The notes under the pieces were generated by a model, which worked only from the letters and a program-made list of their open reading frames with translations, was not told the origin of the DNA and searched no databases. 64,000 nucleotides of DNA from Geosiphon pyriformis uo1. Lineage: Eukaryota > Fungi > Glomeromycota. This document shows positions 13,301 through 25,262 of the stretch, in pieces. The DNA lies in assembly GCA_016748015.1 (NCBI GenBank), contig JAAOMT010000577.1, positions 478,666 to 542,665 on the forward strand. Direction: 5' to 3'. Each line of letters opens with the position of its first letter. Positions within the stretch are counted from its first letter, which is position 1. Made by a program: the position numbers and the translations under genes.

Positions 13301-15237
13301 AAAAATAGAACCAATAAGAGTTCTCTCAGGAATTTCGATCACATTTTTGGTAGAATTTTAGATAAAAATTTTGAAATGTTTATGAGTTTTAACAAGTATG
13401 TATAGATTAACAATATCAGTTAGAAAACAAATTTCTGGATCAGTTTCAAATAGTAGGACTTGGTCTTGGATTTTTTAATTCACTTTGAGAATGTATTGTT
13501 GATATAGAGAAATAGAAATAACTGTATTAGTATAAATAAGTTTTACTTTGTCACTGTTTTTCTTAATAAAATTAACTGTTATGTTCTCTCTTTTATTTGA
13601 TCCAAATTCTTTAATTTTTTTAGCAGTGAAACTTAATTTTTTGTGTATGATAACTGAAGTTAATTGGAGTATTTTTACAAGAGATTAAAAGATAGCTTGG
13701 GCAATCTTTTCTTGTGAGTTAATTTTATAAAGTTTATCAAAATTGTTCTATAATATTACAATAATGTTTTCAGTATATCCAGTGTTGATAATTTCTCTTT
13801 TTACATCAATTTTTTTCTTTGTAAAACTATGACCTAAATGCTACTTGTACCATTATACTAATAAGAATTTTTAATGCTATTTTGAGATTTAGTTTTACTA
13901 AGGAGTATGAAGCTATAACTATAAATAATTGTCCAAAGTATTTTAAATTGAAATTAGCATTAGTTTTATGCATTTTCCAGAGCATATTTTTTTATTATTA
14001 TTACTGTACTATTTTAATTTTAATTTTTTGGAAAAATTGGGATAAACAAAATACTGTTCTATTTTAATAGTCTTATTTAGCTCTTGAAATGACAGATTTT
14101 TTCTAGTAAACTTATATTTCTCTTTTGGTTTTGGTAGTTTAATGATAGAATATAGTATTCTTAGAAGTGAATTAAATATAAGATTATATTTATTATAGTA
14201 TTAAAAATAACAAGAAATCAAGCAGTGATCACACAGTTTTGTATTAAGATCTGCTAGTTTTTGTTTCTGTTTTTCTTAAGTTGGAACCAGTTTTTGGTAC
14301 TAGTCTTGAAATGTTTTAGAATCATTTGTGAATATGTCATTTATTTTTTTGATTATTACTGGAGCATTTTTTATAATGCATATTTTCTTAATAGTAGTTC
14401 TTTCTTACTTGGCCATAATTATTTTTCAAATTTTTTCTTTATCATAGAGATATAAGTTTAGTTGGTTTATTGCTCGACTATATGCTGTAGTAAACAGAAT
14501 GTCTTTCCTAACTCAGTCATTTATTAGAATAGTGTATTGACACAATTTGTCATATGTTTCTTCTTTGTCTGAAACATTATTCTATAATCTTTTATTTGGT
14601 AAAATTTTACCATATGCAAAACATGGTGTATTGTCCTATTTGTCTTGTTACTTAAGTCATTTATATTATTCTAATATACAAAATTAGCAGTAATACTTGG
14701 TAGCTGTTGGCCATACTTTGTCATCTATAATGCAGATGCCTATTAACAATAATTTTTTTTCACAATTAATGCAGATTAATTTTGGAGATTGATAGGGTTG
14801 ATTTTTTTGGTTTGGTACTAGATATATTGATGGTGATAATTGAAATTTTTCTTTAGTCTTTCTTTTACCTTTTTTTTCCAAGTAGGGAGTGGTAAAAGTT
14901 CTGTTTAAAAATCGTCCATCCAAAAAACTTGGTACATTTTTAAAGTTGGTTGAGAAATAAGTTTATCAAATTCAATTAATAGTTGTTCTGGAGTTGTTTT
15001 TTGGAAGTGTTTACATATTGTGAATACTTAAGCATATTGTTTGTTAAAAGTTATCTGGAGTTCTTGTGTGTTCTAATCTAATGTAATGTGAACTTTTATT
15101 GGCCAATCATTTTCCATAAAAGCCTAATATTGTGTGGCTTCTATAATAAGCATTTTGGTAAGAATTTGAATTCTGCTGATTTTAAATAGAAAATTGTCAA
15201 TTTTTTCTTATAAAGGTTTTTGTATTTTTATTTATGG

Positions 15238-16238
15238 TGTTATTTATAAAAAAAAGCACAAAAAAAACAGTAGAAAAAACAGATAAAAAAAATAAACCAA
15301 TAAAAAAATAGTATTAAGCATATGAATATATTATTGCTGAATTATGACATATTGTTCAACAATATAAGCAATATCAGTAAATTATGACATATTATTTAGC
15401 AATATGAGCAATATCAATAAATTATGACACATTGCTTAATAATGTAAGCAATGTCAATAGATTAGAGCACATCACTTAGCAATATAAACATTGCTTAAAA
15501 AATTATAGCATATTGCTTACAAATGTGTAAAATTTTATAAAACATTAATTATGTATATATAGTAAGAGTATTAGAAGCAAAAAAAACAGAATTCACAGCT
15601 AGAACATAGTTAGAATTTCTGGTTAAGAAACACAGTTAGAAGCAGTTTAAAATCTATATCATATATTAATAAATTATTAATTATCTCTTAAATTTATGTT
15701 ATCAGCACTTAATTAAAGAATATTAAATTATTTCTATTCTATCAACATTTTATGTTAATAGAATTTAATACTTAACTATACTAAAACAATAGTTCTTGAT
15801 CATGGCTATTGATGAGATATTAATTTATTTATTTTTTTATTTTTTATTTTATTTTATTTTTGTTTCATTAATTTACTAACTAATTAAAAAAAACTAATGC
15901 ACAGAATACTAATATCAAGATATAGTACTAATAAAAAATCTAGAAATAAGATTAGACACTCATAATTAAGGATAACTTACTAGAAAATACTTGTCACTAA
16001 GCTAAGAAAGAAATTAATAGAATATAGATATTCTGGAAAATGATGAATAACAAAGCACATCAACTCAAAAGTTGAAAAAAACACTAGAAACATCACCAAA
16101 AAATATTATTATTAAATCTTTGTTCATTATACAAAAGACTCAACTAAAACCTTCAAATATTACTTATTATATTACTTATCAAGTGCCAAGTTAAAGGTTT
16201 GTTATTTGTATCAACACTCTAAATAATTACTTGTAATA
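15238..16238 (+). repeat. 5' LTR of Gypsy-2
   Basis: TGTTA...TGTAATA (decayed CA); direct repeat of 24361-25262; tatatata box ~15554. Confidence 0.9.
15341..15500 (+). repeat. 40-bp tandem repeat (~4 copies) in LTR U3 with ACATTGCT/AGCAATGT inverted cores
   Basis: attatgacat/attatgacac/attagagcac recur at 15341, 15381, 15421 and 15461. Confidence 0.8.
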
Positions 16239-16299
16239 TTTGATACTCTCTGTAAGGTATAATCTAGCAGAAAACCAGTACCAACAGCAATTATCTGAA

Positions 16300-19200
16300 A
16301 CAGTAACAAAATCAAAAGTAACAAAAACAAATCACTTGGAATTTCCAAAAGCTTTATTTCAATACTATTAACTCCACTTAAAATTAACAAGTAACCATTG
16401 GCCAGCAGAATCAACTTTCAACTTCTATGTCAATAAAAAAATTAAATTTCATTTAAGAGACCAAGAAGATTCAGAAGCAGCACTATATTTCTACAAAATT
16501 ATTTGTTCACTCCAATAATTACAAAAATCAACAGAAAAATTAAGAAACACATCAGACAGAAATTTTTTATTATCTTTGCAGACAACAATAAAAAAAATTA
16601 CAAACACCAGCAGAAACACCAAAAAACATACAACTATTTACTTGAAAGAAACCAAGAGTAGTTTCACTCATTCATCCATTATACCATCACATACCAAAAA
16701 GTATCATAAACATAACATCAGCCAATGTGTTCATATTAACAACAAAAACACTATCAGCAAGAATCACATTTCAAAGTCAACAAGAAAAACCCAACTTACT
16801 GAAAACTTATGGCAATTACTTTGAAGAATTTAAATTGTGATTAGCAACACCATAAAAATTTTAATTACTGCTACCTCAATCTGATTTCGAAGCCATTAAT
16901 TATTGAAAAATAACTGATTTAGAAGAAGAAAAAAACAAAGATCAGGAATTTAATTACCAAAACCCAATTCCAGAAAACCCAAACATTTAAACTCTAATTC
17001 AGCAAAACCCAAATAATTCAAACTTAGCTCTTATTATTCCTCAAAACTTATTTTTAGTAATTATAATTGATCTATTACTAGTTGTATCAATTGCTAAATT
17101 ACAACAATAGCTGTAACTACTACCTTAATAACAACAACAATAACAACTTTAACAACAACAACTATTACTAATGACATACACACCAATTGCCAAGTTAGAA
17201 AAGTTTATTGGCAAAGAGGACAATGTCCAAGTTTGGTTTAATGATGTTGTCAAAATAATTACTGCTAAAAATTAGGATAATGTTAGAGTCTTATAAGTCA
17301 TTCCATACTTTTTGCAAAATATTGCCAATTTGTGATATTAAAGCTTAATTAATAAACCTGTTACTTTCAATGTATTTAAAACAGAATTTTTGAAATACTT
17401 TAGTAATAATAACAGCATTAATTGTCTTACAACTGCCTTTATTATCATTAAACAAGAAGATACTGAAGCTATCACCATATATCTAGAACATTTTTATAAA
17501 AATTTATGCCAAATACAAACAATTGACATAAATTACTTTACAGTACCACAGATTTTAAACCAGTTTATTCATAGTTTACATAGTAGTATCTTTCAGTATG
17601 TACATCTATTACATTTACAAACACTCTAAAATACAGTTATACACCAGAAATTTTAAATTGGCCAAGCTAAAAGCCAATTATACCCAAGCTGTTAATCTAG
17701 TAATGAATAGATCATCTGATTTGAATTCTAAATTAAAACAATTCAGTGATTCAATCAATCAGAAACTTAAAGGATACTTAGCTAACAACCAGACAATATA
17801 TCAAACTCCATAATATTACAATAATTTGAAAGCCTTTAATTAGTTACATCTTTCATTATTATCAACTCATTAATCATGACAGCAAAAAATGCATATCTGT
17901 CACAACTGTAGTAAACAAAACTATATATAGATTAACTGTTATACCAGAATTAATAATCAATGATCAGAAAATTAATATCAAAACCCTGATCACCAATTTT
18001 AAACTCAGAATTATTAATTAAATCAAGAATCATATTAACTCTAATACACCCTAATAATGTAATAAGCCATATACTTACTGCTAATTTATCAGTTCCAAGC
18101 TCCAGTAATATATCAACTATAGTCACAGATTATATATTAGCCCCAACTATTTTAAATACTGCCACCAAATTCAGTTCAAATAACACCCAGAAATCAAATT
18201 CTGAAAATTACTTATACTCAACAAAACTGGAGATTGGCAATAATAATGTACTAACTGATTACCAATTCCTCAAACCAACCATCAGAATCATGCCAGTAAA
18301 GTTCAGAGAGTAAGTACATCCAGAAACCAAATTTTCAGAATTATTTAAGTTTCTTAGTTGTCTCAGAAAATGCTCAACTCAACAAATAAGAATCCAATCA
18401 AAAACAACTTATACTTACCAATAATATTCTACCAACTACTATCATAGAAGATGAATTGCTTGCTACAATCTTTTTTTTTGAAATTAAAGAACCAGTTTCC
18501 ACACCTTATTTCAATAAAGCCACTCTTAAATCAAAACTTATCACTGTCATATATACTAATACCAAAGTTGATGATCAGTTTATCAAACTGATTCTGCATA
18601 GTAAATCAGCTAATAGCATTATTACACAACAATTCATGAACCAATTAAGTCACCAAGTTGATTGTACTGCCAGTGCCAAGATTATTACTACCAATAAAGC
18701 AACTAAAATGCTCATTAGTAAGATTGACAACTTTCTGTTTAAAGTCAATAACATTAAAGTACTAATTAAGATATTGATAATAGAAGCTACCCAATACTAA
18801 GCTCTTGTTGGTAATAATTGGCTGTTCAAAATCAACACAGTGCTTGACTGAAACATCCAAGAACTACAATTGAGCCAAAACAGCCAAAACATTTAAGTAC
18901 TAGCCATTTGTGATTATTTCAAGACCACTACTAACAAGTAATCATTAATTGAGTTTGAGAAAAAAGAGAAAATACCTACCTGAAAAACATATCAAGTATT
19001 ATGAACCAAAGAAGACCATAATAAACTGTCATTAATCCTAAACTGAAAAGAAAAATGCAAAAAAAAAGCAAAAAAAAAACCTAAGCCAACTATTTCCACT
19101 TATATTCTCTATACTATTTCTTATACCAACTTACAGTATTATCAGCCAAAGCTAGTTTGCATTGATTGTGACAAGAAATTGTTATCAATAGACATATGCT

Positions 19201-22200
19201 GTGGCAATAACAAGGAATAATTTATGGCAACAAAATACTACTGTTGCTTATGCATCCTTGAATGTTTTGGATAACCAAAAAAAAAAGGAAAATAGAACAA
19301 TAAACTATGTTTTGTCTGTAAAAAAACTCTGTTAGACAAAAAAATGTGAAATAACATTTCTGGTTATGAAAAAATATGCAACAAATTATGTCAATACACA
19401 ATTCTTATAAGTAATTAAGTAAAGGAAGGAATATCAATAAAAGCTGTCTGGAGAAGAGCTGTAAAATATTTGGACAGCTGTTCACATAATAACAATGAAA
19501 TCTAGTAAATAGCAATTGCCAAAATTGAAGGCACATTTTTAGAAGAAATAAAAACAATCAAAAACAATTTATCAGAACCCAAAAAAATCATTTGAATTCC
19601 AAATTTTAATATTACTTTAGACATTATAGATTCAAAACAATTTTACAAATACTATTAGGAATTAGCACCCACTAGAGAAAAGCAAGAGCAACATTTAGAA
19701 CAATTTAATATTTGCTTATATAACTACTGTTTAATTCCATGTGATTTTTAGTATTATAATAATTGTGACATCATTTACAATTCACTACTACACATAATCT
19801 ACTTGATCTCCAAAGAAAAAAAACCAATCAGCAAATATGCAGCAGAATCAAAATCAAAATTCAATCTTAATTTAAACTTTAATAATGATAATAATAACAG
19901 TTCTAATTCTATTTACTATAATAATAACAATAACAATTTAAACTCTGATTATAACTCCAAACAATATATTATGCTCCCAAATCTCTTAATAGAGCAAAAA
20001 CTGAAATAGTTCAGTGATAATGATGAAAATATTATGCCAGAATGAGCATATAATACTGATACAAGGTTTAATTTTAGATATTTTGAAAAAACAACCATTA
20101 AATTAGAACCATATTTGCATACTAGCATTGATCTGAAAATAGTACTGAAAATTCTAGCAACAACAATAATTTAATTAGCATCTATATTTAGTTTAGTAAA
20201 AAAAAGAATCAACATTAGGGGAGAAATAATTGACACAAGATATGTAGAAAATATCATTGCAATGCTACAAAATAATTCAAAAAAACAATATATAATTGAA
20301 CCAAATAAAAAAATAGCACAAACAATATTTCTATTTCTGGTTAAAATAGCCCAATTAGTGTTAGTAAAAACAAAAAAAGAGTTAAAGATTACAGCCAAAA
20401 AAAACGAATTTGAATTAATGAATAGAATAAACATATTATTTAATATGACAGAAAAAGAATCTATTAATAAAGAAAAAATTATTTCTACTAATCAATCAGT
20501 TTTCATTCTATTATATAACTATTATATGTTAATAATAAAAAAGAAAATAAGAGATTAGCCCCAGATTTTTGAAGTAAAACCAACTATTTGTGAATTAAGA
20601 AAAATTGGAATCATCAATCTTTACATACTGGCCAAAAACTATAAACACATCAAAATTCTCATCTATAATATAACTGAAGACACCATAGAAATATCAAACA
20701 ATACTAATATCAGATATTTAAGCACTGAAATTGAGGATCAACCACTAAATACAATTCCAAATTTTTTATAATTATGTAAATATGTGGATATCATATCACA
20801 AACTATATATAGATAAAAAGAATGTTATTTGCTCTAATCAGAACAATTAGACCAAATAAACTTAAGAAACTTGGACCCACTTTAACATATGTAACTAAAG
20901 ATGTTTTTTAATAATTTCATTGATATCTTTGCCAGTAAAAACAAATTTGGCAGAACTGATATTATCCAGCATTAAATCAAGATAAAAAATACTATGCCAA
21001 TCAAACAGTAAGCATACTAAATACTACCAGTTAGCCATAAGATTATCTGACAAGAAATTAATAGAATATTAGACAATAGGTTAATTCAACTACCAATAAG
21101 TCTATGGTCATTACCAGTAGTACTAGTTCAAAAGAAGAATGAAAAGATCTGCTTTTGTGTAGATTACAGAAAACTCAATAGTATTACTTATGGAGATAGC
21201 TATCTGATTTCATGAATCCAAAAATTATTTAATGTTTTTGGAGGAAAAAAATGATTTTCTATATTAGATTTAAATAGTAGTTATTAACAAGTAACCATAA
21301 ATTCAGCCAATAAAGAAAAAACAACATTTACTACACAAAAAGAAAATTTTGAATTTAATATTATGCCATTTGGTTTAATAAATGTGTCAGCAACTTTTTA
21401 ATGACTTATCAAAATTATGTACACTGAATTACTATGAAAATCAGTAGTAGTTTACTTGAATAACACTAACATGTTCTCAAAAACATTTGACAATCATTTT
21501 TACTATCTTTAACAAGTGTTTGAGAGACTAAGTAAAGCCGAATTAAAACTAAATACAAACAAATGTTTTTTTGGTAAAACAAAACTAAAATTTTTAGGAC
21601 ATATTGTAAGCAAAAATGACATCAAAACAGATCAAGATTGTTAGGAACTTTTTAGTACTAACAAATTTCACAGAATTAAGAGCATTTTTAGAATATACTA
21701 GATACTACTGCTGCTTTATCTAAAACTTCTCTAAACTGGCTTAACTATTCCACCAGTCCAAGCCAAGACTATAAAATATAAATAAACTAAAGCTTAACAA
21801 GAAGCTTTCAATATTTTAAAAAAAAACTTGTTTAAGTTCCAGTACTAATCTATTTGAATTACAACAAATTATTTATTATTATCACTAATGCATCAAGTCA
21901 AACATTGGAAGCTATACTGTCTTAAAGAGGATCAGATAGAAGAAAACACCCAGTAGTATATACTAGCTGAAGCTTAAGTCCAGCTAAAAAAACTATAGAA
22001 CTCTAACATTAGAACATTTGGCTATCTATTGAGCTGTCATCAAATAGAAAAAATACTTGAATCAAAAGTTTGATATATACAGTAATCACAAAGAATTGAC
22101 ATCAATTCAGAAACAAAAATTTGAAGACAGTTATCATACAAGATAGAAAATAGAACTTTCACTAATTATATATATAATATATTATAAAAAAGGAAAAAAA

Positions 22201-23652
22201 ACAGAAATACTAATGGTTTGTTACAAATGAAATAAATCTAAGAATATTTTAACCCAAAAATATAATAAAAGATGAACATACAAAAATATTTACAACTCCA
22301 ATATTATATTAATATTCAATAATTCAAGAAAAAATTATTTCAAAAAGAACAAAACAACATAAAACAACAATCAAAATATTTTATTACTTACCAAAATATA
22401 CTATATTAAAAAAACAGAAAAAATTCAAATCAATCATTCAAAATAATTAAAGAACCAGAAAAAAAAACAATACTATACAACATGCATTCAAATTTGACAG
22501 CAAAACATTTTCATAAAAAAATAATCATGAAAAAAACCAAAAAAAGATATTATTGGTCATTAATATATTCAAACATTATTTAATATATTTAAAATTGTAA
22601 TACTTGTCAAAAAAAAAAGGAACAAGATCCAGTAAACTACTAAGACCAATTAGAGTAAAACAATTATTTAATTGAATTAGAATTGACTTAGTTGAACCAT
22701 TAATAATAACCAGTAGAAACAATCGTTATATAGTAGTAGTTATGAATTATCTTACTAAATAGCCAAAAGCAAAAGCAATTCAAAAAATAGATGTAAAATT
22801 TGTAGCCAAATTTGTTTATTAAGATTTAATTTGTCGACATGGATGTCCAAAAAAATTATTATCAGATCAAAGAACTTACTTTGTGAACAGAACACTAACA
22901 GAATTGAGTTAAAATTTTAGAATTAAGAGATTATTATTATCATCATACTATTTACAAACAAATAGCTTAGTTGAAAAGTTTAACAGAACATTGTGTGAAG
23001 CAATAGCCAAAATTAGCCAAAAAACCAGAACAAATGAAATTTGTTTATACTATCAGTACTATTTGCTTATTAAAAAATGAAACAAAATACTATATAAGCA
23101 ATATTATTTGAATTTATTTATAATAGAACAGCAATATTACCAATTGAAATAAACATCAACACATATCTAATAGAACCAATAACAGAAGCCAATTTAGAAA
23201 AAACATTGCTGAAAAGAACATACAAACTAATAAAAACTTTAGAAAACAAAAGATAAAAAACAGCTAATAATATTCAAAAGTTACAAAAAAAACAAAAAAA
23301 ATAATACAATAACCAATTACTAAATAAACCAGTTAAATTTAGAATTGAAAACAAAGTATTATTACATCATACCAAAGTGAAAAAACAATAGAGTGGAAAA
23401 TTTGACTCCAACTAGAATGAATTATTTTACATTGAAAAAATTTTAAAAAATGGAGCTTATAAACTAAGATAAAACAACAAAATCTTAGCTAAAACAGCAC
23501 ATAAAAATTAATTGAAACCATATTACAATATAGCATTATTATTTACTAATAATATTCTACAACTGAAAGTACATAAAATACTAGTTAAACCAGATAAGAT
23601 TCCACAAGATTTAAAACCAATTATAATCATTGATACAAACATGTTAAAGTAA
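16300..23652 (+). pseudogene. Gypsy-2 gag-pol pseudogene (gag ~17180-17810, CCHC ~17890-17940, PR ~18540-18920, Cys-rich ~19140-19800, dUTPase ~20030-20420, RT ~20950-21750, RH ~21840-22220, INT ~22480-23600)
   Basis: Recognisable motifs after reversing G>A/C>T: PIAKLEKF, LILDSGS, AGFDL, IDAGYVG, KIAQ, FCVDYRKLN, YLDD (tacttgaataac), HHCC, SDQG, GPF. Confidence 0.85.
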
Positions 23653-24346
23653 TTAACCAAAATAATATAAAAAAACATAGTATATACAACAAAAACAATA
23701 ACAGAAAAATAGAAATTTCAGACAACATCTATTCAATGGCTCAACAATTATTTTAAGCTGTAAATCAACAACAATTGGATATAGAAATTGTTATCAACCA
23801 CCAAACAATCTGTTATTGGAACACCAAAAAAGAAAAAAAAACAGAAAATACACTATATTAGTGACCACTGAACTCAACAAAACATTGGTTAAATAAAATA
23901 ATAGAAAAAGTGAAAAATACTTTTGAGAAAATACTTATAATTGGCCTAACAGAAAAGTTAATAAAAAAAATTAGAAACACTGAACAAAACAATTTCTAAT
24001 ATTATACTGTTATTATTAATTGAAACAAAAACTAAATATTTAAGAACTATATACTGACAAATCCAAAAAAATATTCAATTAAAAAATAATACAGCAAATT
24101 GAAGACTTTATTAGGAAAAAAACAAACTTATTACTTTATATTAAAACAATCTATTGACTATATATTATATTTCAAAATTATTCAAAAATATTACTACATT
24201 CAAAAATAGAAACAATAATCATTAACTAGTAAGAAAAAATAAACAATTCACAAATAAAAAACATAAAAATCAGAGTTAAACAAATAATATTAAAAAAAAT
24301 AGCAGAATTAATCCAAAATAAAGATTTTGATGGAATTCAATATTAA
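23650..24346 (+). pseudogene. Extra ORF (ORF3, ~230 codons) between integrase and PPT of Gypsy-2, decayed
   Basis: SMAQQLF.AVNQQQLDIEIVIN ... LYIIFQNYSKILLH ... DFDGIQY-stop; homologous to 9641-10380. Start codon uncertain. Confidence 0.6.
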
Positions 24347-24360
24347 AAAAGAGAAAATAA

Positions 24361-25262
24361 TATTACTTATAGAAAAGAGCACAAAAAAAATAGTAAGAAA
24401 AACAGATAAGAAAAATAGGCCAATAAAAGAATAGTATTGAGCACATAAACATATTGCTGGTAAATTATGGCATATTGTTTAGCAATATGAGCAATGTGAG
24501 CAATATTAATAGATTAGAGCACATTGCTTAAGAAATTATAACACATTACTTATGAATGTATGAGATTTTATAAAACATTAATTATATATATAGTGAAAGT
24601 ATTAGAAGCAGAAAAGACAGAATTCACAACTAAAACATAATTAGAATTTCTGATTAAGAAATACAGTTAGAAACAGTTCAAAATTTACATTATATATCAA
24701 TAAATTATTAATTATCTCTTGAATTTATGTTATTAATACTTGATTAAAGAATATTAATTAATATCTCATGTTGATAGAATTTAATACTTAATCATACTAG
24801 AATAATAGTTTTTAATCATGGCTATTAATAGAATACTAATTTTTTTTTCTTTTATTTTCTTTTATTTTTGTTTCATTAATTTACTAACTGATTAATAAAA
24901 ATTAATGTACAGAGTACTGATATTAGAATATAGCACTAGTAAAAAAATTAGGAATAAGAGTAGACACTCATAATTGAAGATAGCTTACCAGAAAATACTG
25001 ATTATTAAGCTGAGAAAGAAATTGATAGAATATAAATATTCTGGAAAGCAACAGATAACAAAGCATACCAACTAGAAAGTTGGAAAAAACATTAAAAATA
25101 TTACCAAAAGATATTACTATTGAATCTTTGTCCATTATACAAAAGACTTAACCAAAACCTTCAGATATGAAAACCTTTAGATATTACTTATTATATTACT
25201 TATTAAGCACTAAGTTACAGATTTATTATTTGTATCAACACTCCAAATAATTACTTGTAACA
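24361..25262 (+). repeat. 3' LTR of Gypsy-2
   Basis: TATTAC (decayed TGTTAC)...TGTAACA, preceded by a purine tract; ~100 bp shorter than the 5' LTR owing to fewer U3 repeats. Confidence 0.9.

Larger units (their letters stand above)
15238..25262 (+). mobile_element. Gypsy-2: full-length (~10 kb) decayed Ty3/Gypsy element nested in the Gypsy-1 protease
   Basis: Paired LTRs, PBS remnant 16239-16257, PPT 24345-24360, and internal gag/PR/Cys-rich/dUTPase/RT/RH/INT remnants. The host protease sequence (IITA|DGNTKT) resumes across the insertion. Confidence 0.92.

Noticed and set aside
15341-15500. CRISPR-like array of semi-palindromic repeats
   Set aside because: Units are head-to-tail with no unique spacers, lie inside an LTR, and no cas genes are present.
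18060-18400. Programmed gag-pol frameshift or overlapping ORF (also ORF 30140-30394)
   Set aside because: The Gln-rich frame appears continuous from gag to protease once CAA>TAA changes are reversed; the alternative open frame looks incidental.
23460-23650. Chromodomain at the integrase C-terminus
   Set aside because: The GPF-type module is visible but no aromatic-cage chromodomain pattern follows.
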